Shown here: in pieces, positions 19,986 to 30,100 of the stretch
Numbering within the stretch: position 1 is the first letter of the stretch
Layout: the number at the start of each line of letters is the position of its first letter
From: Bacteroidota bacterium
Lineage (GTDB): Bacteria; Bacteroidota; Bacteroidia; AKYH767-A; OLB10
DNA length: 64,000 nucleotides
Direction of reading: 5' to 3'
Assembly: GCA_023251535.1 (NCBI GenBank)
Contig: JAHEYP010000001.1
Coordinates: forward strand, 146,178 to 210,177
Position numbers and translations under genes: made by a program
Notes under the pieces: generated by a model
Seen by the model: only the letters and a program-made list of their open reading frames with translations
Told to the model about the DNA's origin: nothing
Database searches by the model: none

Positions 19986-20579
19986 ATGAACGCCACTTTT
20001 GTAAAAAGTTCAGCTAAACTCGACCAGCTTCCTCCCGTAAACAAACCCGAATTTGCATTTATCGGCAGAAGTAACGTAGGTAAATCATCGCTTATCAATA
20101 TGTTAACTGCGGTTAAAGGATTAGCGAAAACGTCGGGAAGTCCTGGGAAAACCCAAACTTTCAACCACTTTATAATCGACGATAGCTGGTACTTGGTAGA
20201 TTTACCAGGTTATGGCTTCGCCAAAGTATCGCAAACTACCCGCGACGAGTGGGAAGGATTGATGAAAAGATACCTGACAACGCGCGAAAACTTGATGAAC
20301 GCTTTTGTATTAATTGACCTTCGATTAGAACCACAAAAGAATGATCTTGATTTCATGTCGTTCTTAGGTGAAAACGGAGTCCCTTTCTCGATTGTTTTCA
20401 CGAAATCCGATAAATTGACGGCAAATCAAGTGCGCCTTCACACTGAAAAATACAAAAATAAACTACTGGAGTTTTGGGAAGAATTACCTCCTATATTCAT
20501 CACTTCTGCAGAGAAAAAACTGGGAAAAGAGGAAGTACTAGGCTACATAAAGCAGTGCCTTCCTCTCTTCAACAATTAA
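19986..20579 (+). CDS. engB: Ribosome biogenesis GTPase EngB/YihA/YsxC
   Basis: GRSNVGKSSLIN (G1), DLPGYG (G3), TKSDK (G4). Confidence 0.93.
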   Translation: MNATFVKSSAKLDQLPPVNKPEFAFIGRSNVGKSSLINMLTAVKGLAKTSGSPGKTQTFNHFIIDDSWYLVDLPGYGFAKVSQTTRDEWEGLMKRYLTTRENLMNAFVLIDLRLEPQKNDLDFMSFLGENGVPFSIVFTKSDKLTANQVRLHTEKYKNKLLEFWEELPPIFITSAEKKLGKEEVLGYIKQCLPLFNN

Positions 20580-20927
20580 TTACTTCAGCACTTTCGCCAT
20601 CTTCCCGAACTTGGCAGCAAAATCGCGCATAGCCTTTGTTGTAGGTGCGTCGTTGGTTGCACGTTCGTAAGAATCGGCCATACTTGCGAGGGTTTCGTAC
20701 ATAAAAAACTGCATCTCTTCAACCGTCATTTCGGTTGTCCAAAGGTCAATTCTCATCGTGCTTTTCTCGGGTTTGTCCCACAAAGCCAACATAATAGCTT
20801 TAGCTTCTTTCTTTCCGTCTAATCCCGAATCCTCGGCAGACCAATCAATTGAAACCGGATGTTTCTCGGCATTTAAGCCAACATTGATACTGATATTCGA
20901 TTGTTTTACTACTGTATTATCTGACAT
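20580..20927 (-). CDS. gldC: Gliding motility protein GldC
   Basis: About 115 aa. AKAIMLALWD, IDLWT.EM.V.EM and KAMRDFA blocks match my recollection of GldC. Start moved to the internal ATG (MSDNTV). Confidence 0.8.
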   Translation of the reverse strand: MSDNTVVKQSNISINVGLNAEKHPVSIDWSAEDSGLDGKKEAKAIMLALWDKPEKSTMRIDLWTTEMTVEEMQFFMYETLASMADSYERATNDAPTTKAMRDFAAKFGKMAKVLK

Positions 20928-21065
20928 ATTGTTGTCGCCCCGGCAAAGGAGCATTTTTTAGATTTATACGGCAAAAATAAGGAATCCAAGATATATGGCA
21001 TTTCTATGGCATCTTTTGCAACAGAAAGGAATCAAATTCGTTACCTTCGCATAGATTATAATCCT

Positions 21066-24000
21066 ATGCCATTTAACCGTTTTCAAAAACTGTTGATTTG
21101 TCTGACGTTGTCGGTATCCCTTTTCGGCACCGGCGCCTTTGCTCAATTTACCAGAGGTTACCAAATGACCTTCGGCAAAAACAGAGTGCAGTACAATGAT
21201 TTTCTGTGGACCTACTATCGATTTGCAAACTTCGATACCTACTACTATTTAGGAGGCCAAGAGTTAGCTCAATATACAGGTCGTGTTGCTGATAAAGAAA
21301 TTGCCGAAATAGAACAACTATTCGACTATCGCATTAATGGAAGATTTCAATTTGTAATTTATAATAAGCTCAGCGACTTCAAACAAAGTAATATTGGACT
21401 TGAAGGTGAAGAGGCTAATACTAACACCGGTGGATTAACGAAAATCATCGGCAGCAAAGTGTTGATTTATTTCGATGGTGACTACCGCCATTTCAGAGAA
21501 CAAATCAGAGCAGGCGTTGCTCAAGTGATGATAAATCAGTTGATGTATGGCGGAAGTATCAAAGATCGTTTGCAAAGTGCTGTTTTATTAAATCTTCCTG
21601 ATTGGTATGTTCAAGGATTGATCTCTTACGTTGCGAAAGGATGGACTATTGAAGATGACAATAGAATGCGCGACGGAATTAATACTGGACGCTATAAAAA
21701 ATTCAATAGTCTAGCAGGCAATGAAGCTGTTTTTGCAGGACAATCTCTTTGGAATTATGTTGTTGAAACTTATGGAACCTCGTCGGTATCGAATTTAATT
21801 TACATGACACGAATCAATAGAAATATTGAAAGTGGATTTGTATATGTTATCGGTTCCCCTCTTAAAGAGCTTACAAGAAATTGGCTTGATTACTATCAAC
21901 GTAATTATTTGAACGAAGATAAAACGCGCACTGCTCCATTAGGAAAACCTATTGTTACGGTAAAAAAACCAAATCGCACTGTAAGTCAAGTGAAAGTTAG
22001 TCCCGATGGGAATCAACTTGCTTACGTCGTAAATAACTTAGGAAAATACCGCGTTTATCTTTACGATATTAGAACACACAAACGAAAACGACTTTCGAAA
22101 GGAGGATATAAATCGGTGAATCAAAATATCGATAATAGCTTCCCAGTTCTTGCATGGCATCCAACAGGAAGATATGTTGCAGCAATTAAAGAAAAGAAAG
22201 GAAAAGTTTGGCTCGACTACTATACTCCCGGAAAAAGAATTAAGCGTGAAACAAATAAGTTTTTCTATTTCGACAAAGTTCTCGACTTCTCCTACTCTTC
22301 TTCAGGAAATGAAATTGTATTAACAGGGATTCAAAAAGGACAATCGGATATTTATACGTTTAATCCGCGTACTAAAACATATCAGCAATTAACGAAAGAT
22401 CGTTGGGATGATGCTAATCCTAAGTTTGTGCTCAATGATCATTATATTATTTTCAACTCTACTAGAAGTGAAGATTCATTGAAGACAACAAGCTTCCGTC
22501 AGAAAGAAGAAATTGTAACCTCTCCTACAAGCGACATTTTCCTTTACGATTACTTTAATAAATCGGAAAAACTTATCGCAATCACTTCATCACCATTGGT
22601 AAATGAAACAATGCCTTTGATGATTGATTCTTCACATTTCTCATTCTTGAGTGACGAAAACGGAATCGTGAATCGATACATAGCAACACTCGATAGTACG
22701 ATAGCATTTATTGACACTACGATACATTATCGTTATATCGTTAATTCGAAGCCGGCAAGCGATTATCAACGCAGCATCCTCTCGCAGGATGTAAATCCGT
22801 ATAAAACCAAATTGGCAGAACTATACAAAGCCAATAACCGATTTGAACTATATCTTAATCCGCTTAACAATATCGCATCAACCGAATTGTTACCGTTAAA
22901 GAAAACTACGTTACGATTCAAAATCGATAAGTCGCCTTTACCTCAAGTAAAACAAATCAAGTCTACACCAACAATTACCTTACCTGAACCAGGCAAAAAA
23001 TCTTCGGGCGAGACTAACGTTGGCGACTCTACGAAAATCGACATTAACAATTACTCTTTCCAAACTGATTTTCCGAAACGAAAAAACAAAACGCAAGAGC
23101 CGGAGAAGCAACAAGCACCGGTTACTACCGATACAACAATTGCAAAAGCACCGATTGGTATTATTGACTCAACCGACAGCAAGCCTGTAACACCTGACAG
23201 TGTTGCATATCAGATGCCGAAGCAACGCAACTACGAAATTGCTTTCTCTCCGGGATACTTACTTACGCAACTTGATAACTCACTATTAAACGAGACCTAT
23301 CAATCTTATACAGGCGGAGCAGTATATTTTGATCCGGGGCTTAATGCGCTCTTTAAAATCGGCTTAAACGACCTTATGGACGATTACCGAATTATTGGAG
23401 GGATGCGTTTATCGGGAAATTTAAACAGTAACGAATATTATGCAAGCTTCGAGAACCTGAAAAAACGTGTCGACAAGCAAATCAGTTTTTATCGTCAATC
23501 GAGAGAAGAAGTAACGAGTCAATCATACTATAAAATCAATACTCACGAGTTAAAATATAGCACTCGCTATCCGTTAAATGACCTTGCCAGTATCAGAGGA
23601 TCTATTTCATACAGAAACGACAGAAGAGTCAACTTGAGTACCGACATTGCAAACCTCATCGAGAAAAACAATTCTCAAAACTGGGGAAGTGCGAGAGCAG
23701 AATATGTGTATGACAATACGATCAGCACAGGATTAAATCTTTATAACGGATTACGATTTAAACTCTTCGCAGAATACTTTAACCAAGTTGATGCATCAAA
23801 GAAAAACTTAGCAGTATTAGGAGCCGATTTCCGCTACTATTTGAAAATTCATCGTCAGTTGATTTGGGCTACTCGCTTCGCAACAAGTACATCGTTTGGA
23901 AATAATAAGTTGGTGTATTACTTAGGATCAACAGACAATTCGTTTGTACCGAACGATAACTTCAATTACGACATACAAGTTGATCAATCGCAGAATTATG

Positions 24001-24416
24001 CATTTCAGGCGGTAGCTACTAACCTACGAGGATTTGTACAAAACATCCGTAATGGTAATAGCTTTGCATTGATCAATAGTGAAATCAGATTTCCGATTTT
24101 CCAATATTTGATTAATAAACCAATCCGTTCCGACTTCTTCCGCAACTTCCAAATTATCGGATTCGGAGATATCGGTACTGCATGGACAGGCACTTCACCA
24201 TACAGTAAGAACAATGCACTTTTCAAGAAAGACTATAGTGGAAATCCAATCAGCATTTCTGTAACGAAAAATGTAGAACCGATTGTTGGAGGCTATGGCT
24301 TCGGATTAAGAACTCGCCTCCTTGGATATTTTATGCGTGCCGACTGGGCATGGGGTGTTGACGATGGTGCTGTACAACCACGAATTTTCTATTTCTCATT
24401 AGGACTTGATTTCTGA
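21066..24416 (+). CDS. Large outer-membrane protein: N-terminal globular domain + TolB/PD40-like beta-propeller + C-terminal Omp85-like barrel
   Basis: Signal peptide MPFNRFQKLLICLTLSVSLFGTGAFAQ at the internal ATG. PD40-like repeats (VSPDGNQLAYV..., WHPTGRYVAA). The C-terminus (GYGFGLRTRLLGYFMRADWAWG...FSLGLDF) resembles a bacterial surface antigen barrel. Confidence 0.7.
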   Translation: MPFNRFQKLLICLTLSVSLFGTGAFAQFTRGYQMTFGKNRVQYNDFLWTYYRFANFDTYYYLGGQELAQYTGRVADKEIAEIEQLFDYRINGRFQFVIYNKLSDFKQSNIGLEGEEANTNTGGLTKIIGSKVLIYFDGDYRHFREQIRAGVAQVMINQLMYGGSIKDRLQSAVLLNLPDWYVQGLISYVAKGWTIEDDNRMRDGINTGRYKKFNSLAGNEAVFAGQSLWNYVVETYGTSSVSNLIYMTRINRNIESGFVYVIGSPLKELTRNWLDYYQRNYLNEDKTRTAPLGKPIVTVKKPNRTVSQVKVSPDGNQLAYVVNNLGKYRVYLYDIRTHKRKRLSKGGYKSVNQNIDNSFPVLAWHPTGRYVAAIKEKKGKVWLDYYTPGKRIKRETNKFFYFDKVLDFSYSSSGNEIVLTGIQKGQSDIYTFNPRTKTYQQLTKDRWDDANPKFVLNDHYIIFNSTRSEDSLKTTSFRQKEEIVTSPTSDIFLYDYFNKSEKLIAITSSPLVNETMPLMIDSSHFSFLSDENGIVNRYIATLDSTIAFIDTTIHYRYIVNSKPASDYQRSILSQDVNPYKTKLAELYKANNRFELYLNPLNNIASTELLPLKKTTLRFKIDKSPLPQVKQIKSTPTITLPEPGKKSSGETNVGDSTKIDINNYSFQTDFPKRKNKTQEPEKQQAPVTTDTTIAKAPIGIIDSTDSKPVTPDSVAYQMPKQRNYEIAFSPGYLLTQLDNSLLNETYQSYTGGAVYFDPGLNALFKIGLNDLMDDYRIIGGMRLSGNLNSNEYYASFENLKKRVDKQISFYRQSREEVTSQSYYKINTHELKYSTRYPLNDLASIRGSISYRNDRRVNLSTDIANLIEKNNSQNWGSARAEYVYDNTISTGLNLYNGLRFKLFAEYFNQVDASKKNLAVLGADFRYYLKIHRQLIWATRFATSTSFGNNKLVYYLGSTDNSFVPNDNFNYDIQVDQSQNYAFQAVATNLRGFVQNIRNGNSFALINSEIRFPIFQYLINKPIRSDFFRNFQIIGFGDIGTAWTGTSPYSKNNALFKKDYSGNPISISVTKNVEPIVGGYGFGLRTRLLGYFMRADWAWGVDDGAVQPRIFYFSLGLDF

Positions 24417-24427
24417 TAACATCAGTT

Positions 24428-25621
24428 ATGAATATTGCAGAACGCATCAAACAACTTTCGGATAGCCATCACCGTGATATCGTGAGTATTCGTCGCGATT
24501 TACACATGAACCCCGAATTATCATTTCATGAATTCAAGACATCAGCTTACGTAGCTGCGCGATTGAAAGAATTAAATATCCCCTTTACTGAAAAAGTTGC
24601 TGGGACTGGTGTTGTAGGATTGATAGAAGGTAAAAATCCTTCGAAAAGAGTTGTTGCCTTACGCGCCGACATGGATGCATTGCCGATTGTTGAAGCCAAC
24701 AATGTAGAATACAAATCGCAAAATGAAGGCGTGATGCATGCCTGCGGACATGATGCCCACACTGCATCGCTATTGGGAGCTGCAAGAATTTTAAATGAAT
24801 TAAAATCGGAATTTGAAGGTTCTATCAAACTCATATTTCAACCCGGAGAAGAAAAACTTCCCGGTGGAGCTTCCTTGATGATCAAAGAAGGTGTATTAGA
24901 AAACCCGAAACCAAATGCTGTAATTGGTCAACATGTAATGCCTTTAATTCCGAGTGGTAAAGTAGGATTCAGAAGTGGTATTTATATGGCCAGTACTGAT
25001 GAATTATATCTTCGAGTGAAAGGCAAAGGCGGACATGGAGCAATGCCACATTTAAATATTGATCCTGTTTTAATTACTGCTCATTTAATCGTTGCTATGC
25101 AACAAATCGTGAGCCGTGTAGCAAATCCAACAATGCCAAGTGTTCTTTCTTTCGGAAAAGTAATTGCTAATGGAGCAACGAATGTAATTCCGAATGAAGT
25201 GTACATTGAAGGAACTTTCAGAACATTGAATGAAGAATGGAGAAGCGAAGCGCATCAACGCATGCAAGAATTAGCTCATCAGTTGGTTCAATCGATGGGA
25301 GGAATATTAGAATTCGAAATTAGAAAAGGATATCCCGCACTCGTAAACGACGAAGTGCTCACAGCAAAATCAAAAGCAAGAGCTATTGAATATTTAGGAC
25401 AAGAAAATGTTTTAGATCTTGATATCTGGATGGCGGCTGAAGATTTTGCATTCTTCTCACAACAAGCGAGTGCTTGCTTTTACCGACTAGGAACAAGAAA
25501 CGAATCGAGAGGTATTGTGAGTAGTGTCCACACACCTACTTTCGATATTGAGGAAGAATCATTGAAAACTGGAATGGGATTAATGGCATACCTCGCCATT
25601 AAAGAACTTGAGAATGCCTAA
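24428..25621 (+). CDS. M20D-family amidohydrolase (N-acyl-amino acid / hippurate hydrolase-like)
   Basis: MHACGHDAH metal-binding motif, GEEKLPGGA, about 400 aa. Starts 12 nt after the preceding gene. Confidence 0.85.
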   Translation: MNIAERIKQLSDSHHRDIVSIRRDLHMNPELSFHEFKTSAYVAARLKELNIPFTEKVAGTGVVGLIEGKNPSKRVVALRADMDALPIVEANNVEYKSQNEGVMHACGHDAHTASLLGAARILNELKSEFEGSIKLIFQPGEEKLPGGASLMIKEGVLENPKPNAVIGQHVMPLIPSGKVGFRSGIYMASTDELYLRVKGKGGHGAMPHLNIDPVLITAHLIVAMQQIVSRVANPTMPSVLSFGKVIANGATNVIPNEVYIEGTFRTLNEEWRSEAHQRMQELAHQLVQSMGGILEFEIRKGYPALVNDEVLTAKSKARAIEYLGQENVLDLDIWMAAEDFAFFSQQASACFYRLGTRNESRGIVSSVHTPTFDIEEESLKTGMGLMAYLAIKELENA

Positions 25622-26526
25622 GAGCGAAAGAAGCTAAAAAACGATTTCTTTTCGTTTACTAACGTCGCTATTAGCTCATCGCAAAATTCTTTAACACTTG
25701 AATAACGTTCGTTGATTGCTTGTTGCAATTGCGACGATAACTCTACATCTTGTAAATTTTTCGGAGGACTCTTAAACGGATATCGTGCACTAGCCTTTTG
25801 CAAAACAGCTAGAGTTGATTTGTTAATTCCGCCTACTTCTTTCAACGGCTGCACCAACATTAAAAGCTTTAACAATTCAGGATTTAAATGCTTAAAAGGA
25901 ATTGTACTCGACAATAACTCATAAATTGAAATTGCCAATGAATACTGATCGGAAGCAGGCCCTGTTAAATCATAATGCTTCAACACTAATTCGGGAGGAG
26001 AATATAACAATGCAAATCCCGATTGCATCGGCACATCGCCTGACTTACGCATCATGGCTAGATCAATAATTTTAATTGCAGCATCATCAGGAATATTTTC
26101 ACCAGGGTACTCTATTAAAATATTATGAGGTCTTATATCACCATGTATTAATCCCGAAGCATGCAAAGCATTTAATGCATCACCTACTTGACGAATAATA
26201 TTAATCAATAGTGAACGATGCTCTTTTTTTCGGAGCAATCCCGATTTACTTAATGTCCATAAACTTTCCCCTTCAACAAAAGGACGAATCAAAAAAGTGA
26301 TATTATTAACTAAACAAGAATCGGTATAAGCAACAAAAGAAGGATGATTAAATTGAAGAGAATACTCGCGGGCATCAGTTTCCGAATGCAATTGCTTAAT
26401 GAGCACTTTGCAATTACTATCATCGATACCGACATAGATAGTACTGTACTTCCCCTCTCGTAAAAATGAAATTTCCGGATCAAAAGTATATACACCCTTC
26501 GATCCGGAAATCTTTATAACTGACAT
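25618..26526 (-). CDS. Stand-alone Ser/Thr protein kinase-like protein
   Basis: VLIKQL (beta-3 Lys), HGDIRPHNILI catalytic loop, IIDLA in place of DFG, YSPPE in place of APE. Start moved to the ATG at 26526 (MSVIKISG), which abuts the fbp stop. Confidence 0.6.
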   Translation of the reverse strand: MSVIKISGSKGVYTFDPEISFLREGKYSTIYVGIDDSNCKVLIKQLHSETDAREYSLQFNHPSFVAYTDSCLVNNITFLIRPFVEGESLWTLSKSGLLRKKEHRSLLINIIRQVGDALNALHASGLIHGDIRPHNILIEYPGENIPDDAAIKIIDLAMMRKSGDVPMQSGFALLYSPPELVLKHYDLTGPASDQYSLAISIYELLSSTIPFKHLNPELLKLLMLVQPLKEVGGINKSTLAVLQKASARYPFKSPPKNLQDVELSSQLQQAINERYSSVKEFCDELIATLVNEKKSFFSFFRS

Positions 26527-26527
26527 G

Positions 26528-27571
26528 TTATTGATTCGCTGTTTCTGCTGAATACACACGCATCATCTCTTCCGCTTTATCGACCATATTCACTGATCCG
26601 ATATAAAGTGGAGTACGTTGATGCAACGAAGTTGGTTGTAATTCCAGAATACGATTAAATCCGTCGCTTGCCTTTCCTCCTGCTTGCTCAGCAATAAATG
26701 CAAGTGGATTTGCTTCATACAAAAGTCTTAATTTTCCTTTAGGCGATTTAAGCGTTGAAGGATAAATATAAATTCCTCCCTTGATCAAATTACGATGAAA
26801 ATCGGCTACCAATGAACCAATGTAACGAGAAGAATAAGGGCGATTAGTGCCTTTGTCAATTTCTTGACAAAACTTAACATACTTCTTCACTCCATCAGGA
26901 AAGTGCAAGTGATTTCCTTCGTTTAAGCTATAGATTGCGCCATCTTTTGGCATCATCATATCAGGATGCGACAAACAGAATTCGCCAATAGAAGGATCTA
27001 AAGTAAATCCGTTGACACCTTTACCAGTAGTATAAACCAACATAGTGCTAGAGCCATAGATAACATATCCAGCAGCTACTTGTTCAACACCCTTCTGCAT
27101 GAAATCTTCGATTGTAGTCGGGCCAGTTAAATGCTCAGGACGACGATAAATAGAGAAGATAGTTCCTATACTTACGTTTACATCGATGTTCGAAGAACCA
27201 TCTAAAGGATCCATACAAACAACATACTTCGCATCTTTCGAAACGGCGCTATCGATATCAATCAAATCTTCGTTCTCTTCAGATGCAATTGCCATACACT
27301 CTCCGCCAGAGCGAAGCGCACTAATAAATTGCTCATTTGCGTAAACGTCGAGTTTCTTTTGATCTTCTCCTTGCACATTCGTCTCGCCCATATCGCCAAG
27401 GATATCTGCCAATCCCGCTTTATTAACCTCACGATTAACCAATTTAGCGGCAATACCGATATCTCTTAATAAGCGACTTAGTTCTCCTTTCGCAAAAGGG
27501 AAATCTGCTTGACGTTCAATAATGAACTGTCCCAGAGTAATAAAACGACGAAGGGGTTTGTGAGTAAACAT
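26528..27571 (-). CDS. fbp: Fructose-1,6-bisphosphatase class 1
   Basis: [29 protein letters not shown] and the NEANPLAFI-like block [16 protein letters not shown]. Confidence 0.95.
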   Translation of the reverse strand: MFTHKPLRRFITLGQFIIERQADFPFAKGELSRLLRDIGIAAKLVNREVNKAGLADILGDMGETNVQGEDQKKLDVYANEQFISALRSGGECMAIASEENEDLIDIDSAVSKDAKYVVCMDPLDGSSNIDVNVSIGTIFSIYRRPEHLTGPTTIEDFMQKGVEQVAAGYVIYGSSTMLVYTTGKGVNGFTLDPSIGEFCLSHPDMMMPKDGAIYSLNEGNHLHFPDGVKKYVKFCQEIDKGTNRPYSSRYIGSLVADFHRNLIKGGIYIYPSTLKSPKGKLRLLYEANPLAFIAEQAGGKASDGFNRILELQPTSLHQRTPLYIGSVNMVDKAEEMMRVYSAETANQ

Positions 27572-27588
27572 GTGTGTTAGGTTTGTTA

Positions 27589-27596
27589 CAAAGATA
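27589..27596 (-). promoter_or_regulatory. Bacteroidota-type -7 box (TATCTTTG) for fbp
   Basis: Exact match to TAnnTTTG in minus sense, 18-25 nt upstream of the fbp ATG. Confidence 0.4.
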
Positions 27597-27747
27597 TACG
27601 CTAATTCATGAATTTAGGTTTCAGAAAGTAAATTTTAAAGCCGATAATAATCAGCTTTTTAAATGACCTCTCTTTTATTGATAAAATTGTTCAAAATTCA
27701 TAGGTGAAACATCAAAAATAAAGCTGAATTTACGATAATCTTGTAAA

Positions 27748-28977
27748 ATGCGACCAACTTCATTCCCTAAGGACAAATTGAAAGTATTGCTGCTCGAAAA
27801 CGTTCATCCTGCAGCTATTAAAATGTTTAAAAACAACGGATATTCCGATATTGAAATCCACACAGGTTCTCTCTCAGAAAAAGAACTAATGGATAAAATT
27901 TCGAAAGTACATATCCTGGGAATTCGCTCTAAAACCATGCTTACCGACAATATTTTAAAGAAAGCGGAAAGGCTATTGGCAGTGGGAGCTTTTTGTATCG
28001 GCACCAACCAAATTGATATGAAATCGGCGACGCGCGAAGGCATCGCAGTCTTTAATTCTCCATTTTCGAATACACGATCAGTGGCAGAATTAGTTATCGG
28101 ACTAAGCATTATTTTGATGCGCCGAATCTCTGAAAAAAACGAGGCCGCACATAAAGGATTATGGATGAAAGAAAGTAGCGGTTGCTTTGAAGTAAGAGGA
28201 AAAACCCTTGGCATTATCGGCTACGGACATATTGGATCGCAGGTGTCGGTATTAGCTGAATCAATGGGAATGAAAGTTATCTTCTATGATGTTGCATCCA
28301 AATTGAGTTTAGGAAATGCTACTCCGTGCAGAAGCATGGATGAACTATTGAAAAATGCTGATATCGTTTCATTGCACGTTCCTGGAAATAACGAGACAAA
28401 AAACCTTATCAATTCATCTCGACTAAAAAAGATGAAAAAAGGAGCCATCTTAATCAATTTAAGTCGCGGTGATGTGATGGATGTGAAAGCAGTGAGAGAT
28501 GCATTAATCTCAAAGCAAATCGGAGGATTAGGAGTTGACGTTTTCCCTGAAGAACCACAAAGCAATAAAGATATTTTTTCGTCTCCGCTTCAAAATCTTC
28601 CGAATGTAATTCTTACTCCTCATATTGGAGGAAGCACTATGGAAGCTCAAGAAGCCATTGGATTAGATGTTGCTGAAAAGCTTATTTCATTCACTGAAAC
28701 TGGCTCAAGTAACGGATCATTAACAGTACCAGAAATCAGTTTGCCATTGCTTAATAACGCTCATCGTATTTTGCATATTCATCATAACGTTCCAGGAGTT
28801 TTAAGTCAAGTGAATGGAGTATTATCGAAGATGAAAGTAAACATCCTCGGACAATACCTGCAAACGAATCGTGAAATCGGATATGTAGTACTCGATATCG
28901 ACAAAAAGAGCAGTTCAAAGGCGATGGGAGAATTAAAAAAGGTGAAAAACACCATTCGCACTCGCGATTTATACTAA
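27748..28977 (+). CDS. serA: D-3-phosphoglycerate dehydrogenase with C-terminal ACT domain
   Basis: GIIGYGHIGSQV NAD-binding site, 2-hydroxyacid dehydrogenase catalytic region (LTPHIGGST), about 80-aa ACT-like tail. Confidence 0.9.
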   Translation: MRPTSFPKDKLKVLLLENVHPAAIKMFKNNGYSDIEIHTGSLSEKELMDKISKVHILGIRSKTMLTDNILKKAERLLAVGAFCIGTNQIDMKSATREGIAVFNSPFSNTRSVAELVIGLSIILMRRISEKNEAAHKGLWMKESSGCFEVRGKTLGIIGYGHIGSQVSVLAESMGMKVIFYDVASKLSLGNATPCRSMDELLKNADIVSLHVPGNNETKNLINSSRLKKMKKGAILINLSRGDVMDVKAVRDALISKQIGGLGVDVFPEEPQSNKDIFSSPLQNLPNVILTPHIGGSTMEAQEAIGLDVAEKLISFTETGSSNGSLTVPEISLPLLNNAHRILHIHHNVPGVLSQVNGVLSKMKVNILGQYLQTNREIGYVVLDIDKKSSSKAMGELKKVKNTIRTRDLY

Positions 28978-29055
28978 ACAACAATATTGCAATTAGATAT
29001 TGATAGACTATTTAAAAAAATTTCTTAGTTTTATCGTACCTAACCTCAATCTTAT

Positions 29056-30027
29056 ATGGAAATTATTAATCAGCCAAATGCTGTAGGCAAACGATTTTAC
29101 CCTATCTCCTTCAAAGGAAAAGGGGCCGAATATTTCGGAATAGCAATTGTAAATCTACTTTTAACAATCATCACCTTAGGACTTTATTATCCTTGGGCAA
29201 AAGCACGCCAATTACAGTACCTGTATGGCACAACCGAATTCAACGATAGTCGTTTTGAATTTCACGGAACAGGTGCCGAGATGTTTAAAGGATTTATTAA
29301 AGCTATTTTAATCATTACCGTGATATACGGACTAACTTTTTTATTCATCTATATGAGAATGCCGATCATAGGCATCTTAGTAATGTACCTCGGACTTTTT
29401 GCAATTATCCCTTTGGCTATTCATGGAAGTTATAAATATAGAATGTCGCGCACATCGTGGAGAGGAATCCGCTTTGGGTATCGCGGCGACAGAAGTGAAC
29501 TTTATAAAATTTTCATTAAAGGCATCCTACTTACTATCGTAACAATTGGTATTTACGGAGCTTGGTTCTCGATGAATTTAAGAAATTATATTCTAGGGAA
29601 AATTAAATTCGGAAATGCTCAATTCTCTTATAATGGAGATGGTGGAACATTCTTTTGGATGAATGTAAAAGGATATTTACTGACTATCGTTACGTTGGGC
29701 ATTTATGCTTTCTGGTGGCAAAAAGATATTTTCAATTACTATATCGATAACCTTAAATTATCGCACGACGATAAAAACATCGAATTCAAAAGTACAGCTA
29801 CCGGAGGTGATTTCTTCGGACTATTAATCGTTAATTTCTTGATTTTAATTTTCACTTTAGGAATCGGATATCCTTGGATTGTAGCTCGCTCACTAAAGTT
29901 TATCTTCTCAAAAATTCAAGTTACAGGTGATATCGACTTCAATAATTTGATTCAATCGGAAGAAAATTATACTGATGCTACAGGCGATGATATGTCGGAT
30001 ATGCTCGACATCGGATTTGTAGTTTAA
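29056..30027 (+). CDS. DUF898 (YjgN-like) polytopic membrane protein
   Basis: Repeated LGLYYPWAKA / IGIYGAWF / LGIYAFWWQ / LGIGYPWIVA helices characteristic of DUF898. Confidence 0.75.
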   Translation: MEIINQPNAVGKRFYPISFKGKGAEYFGIAIVNLLLTIITLGLYYPWAKARQLQYLYGTTEFNDSRFEFHGTGAEMFKGFIKAILIITVIYGLTFLFIYMRMPIIGILVMYLGLFAIIPLAIHGSYKYRMSRTSWRGIRFGYRGDRSELYKIFIKGILLTIVTIGIYGAWFSMNLRNYILGKIKFGNAQFSYNGDGGTFFWMNVKGYLLTIVTLGIYAFWWQKDIFNYYIDNLKLSHDDKNIEFKSTATGGDFFGLLIVNFLILIFTLGIGYPWIVARSLKFIFSKIQVTGDIDFNNLIQSEENYTDATGDDMSDMLDIGFVV

Positions 30028-30042
30028 TAACAAGAATATATC

Positions 30043-30085
30043 AAGGATTCTTTTTCTCAATCGGGAAAGAGAATCCTTTTTCATT
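30043..30085 (+). terminator. Possible attenuating hairpin / terminator between the DUF898 and M48 genes
   Basis: AAGGATTCT...AGAATCCTT stem (9 bp perfect, extendable) followed by TTTTTCATTTT. Confidence 0.45.
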
Positions 30086-30100
30086 TTAAATCATCAACCA

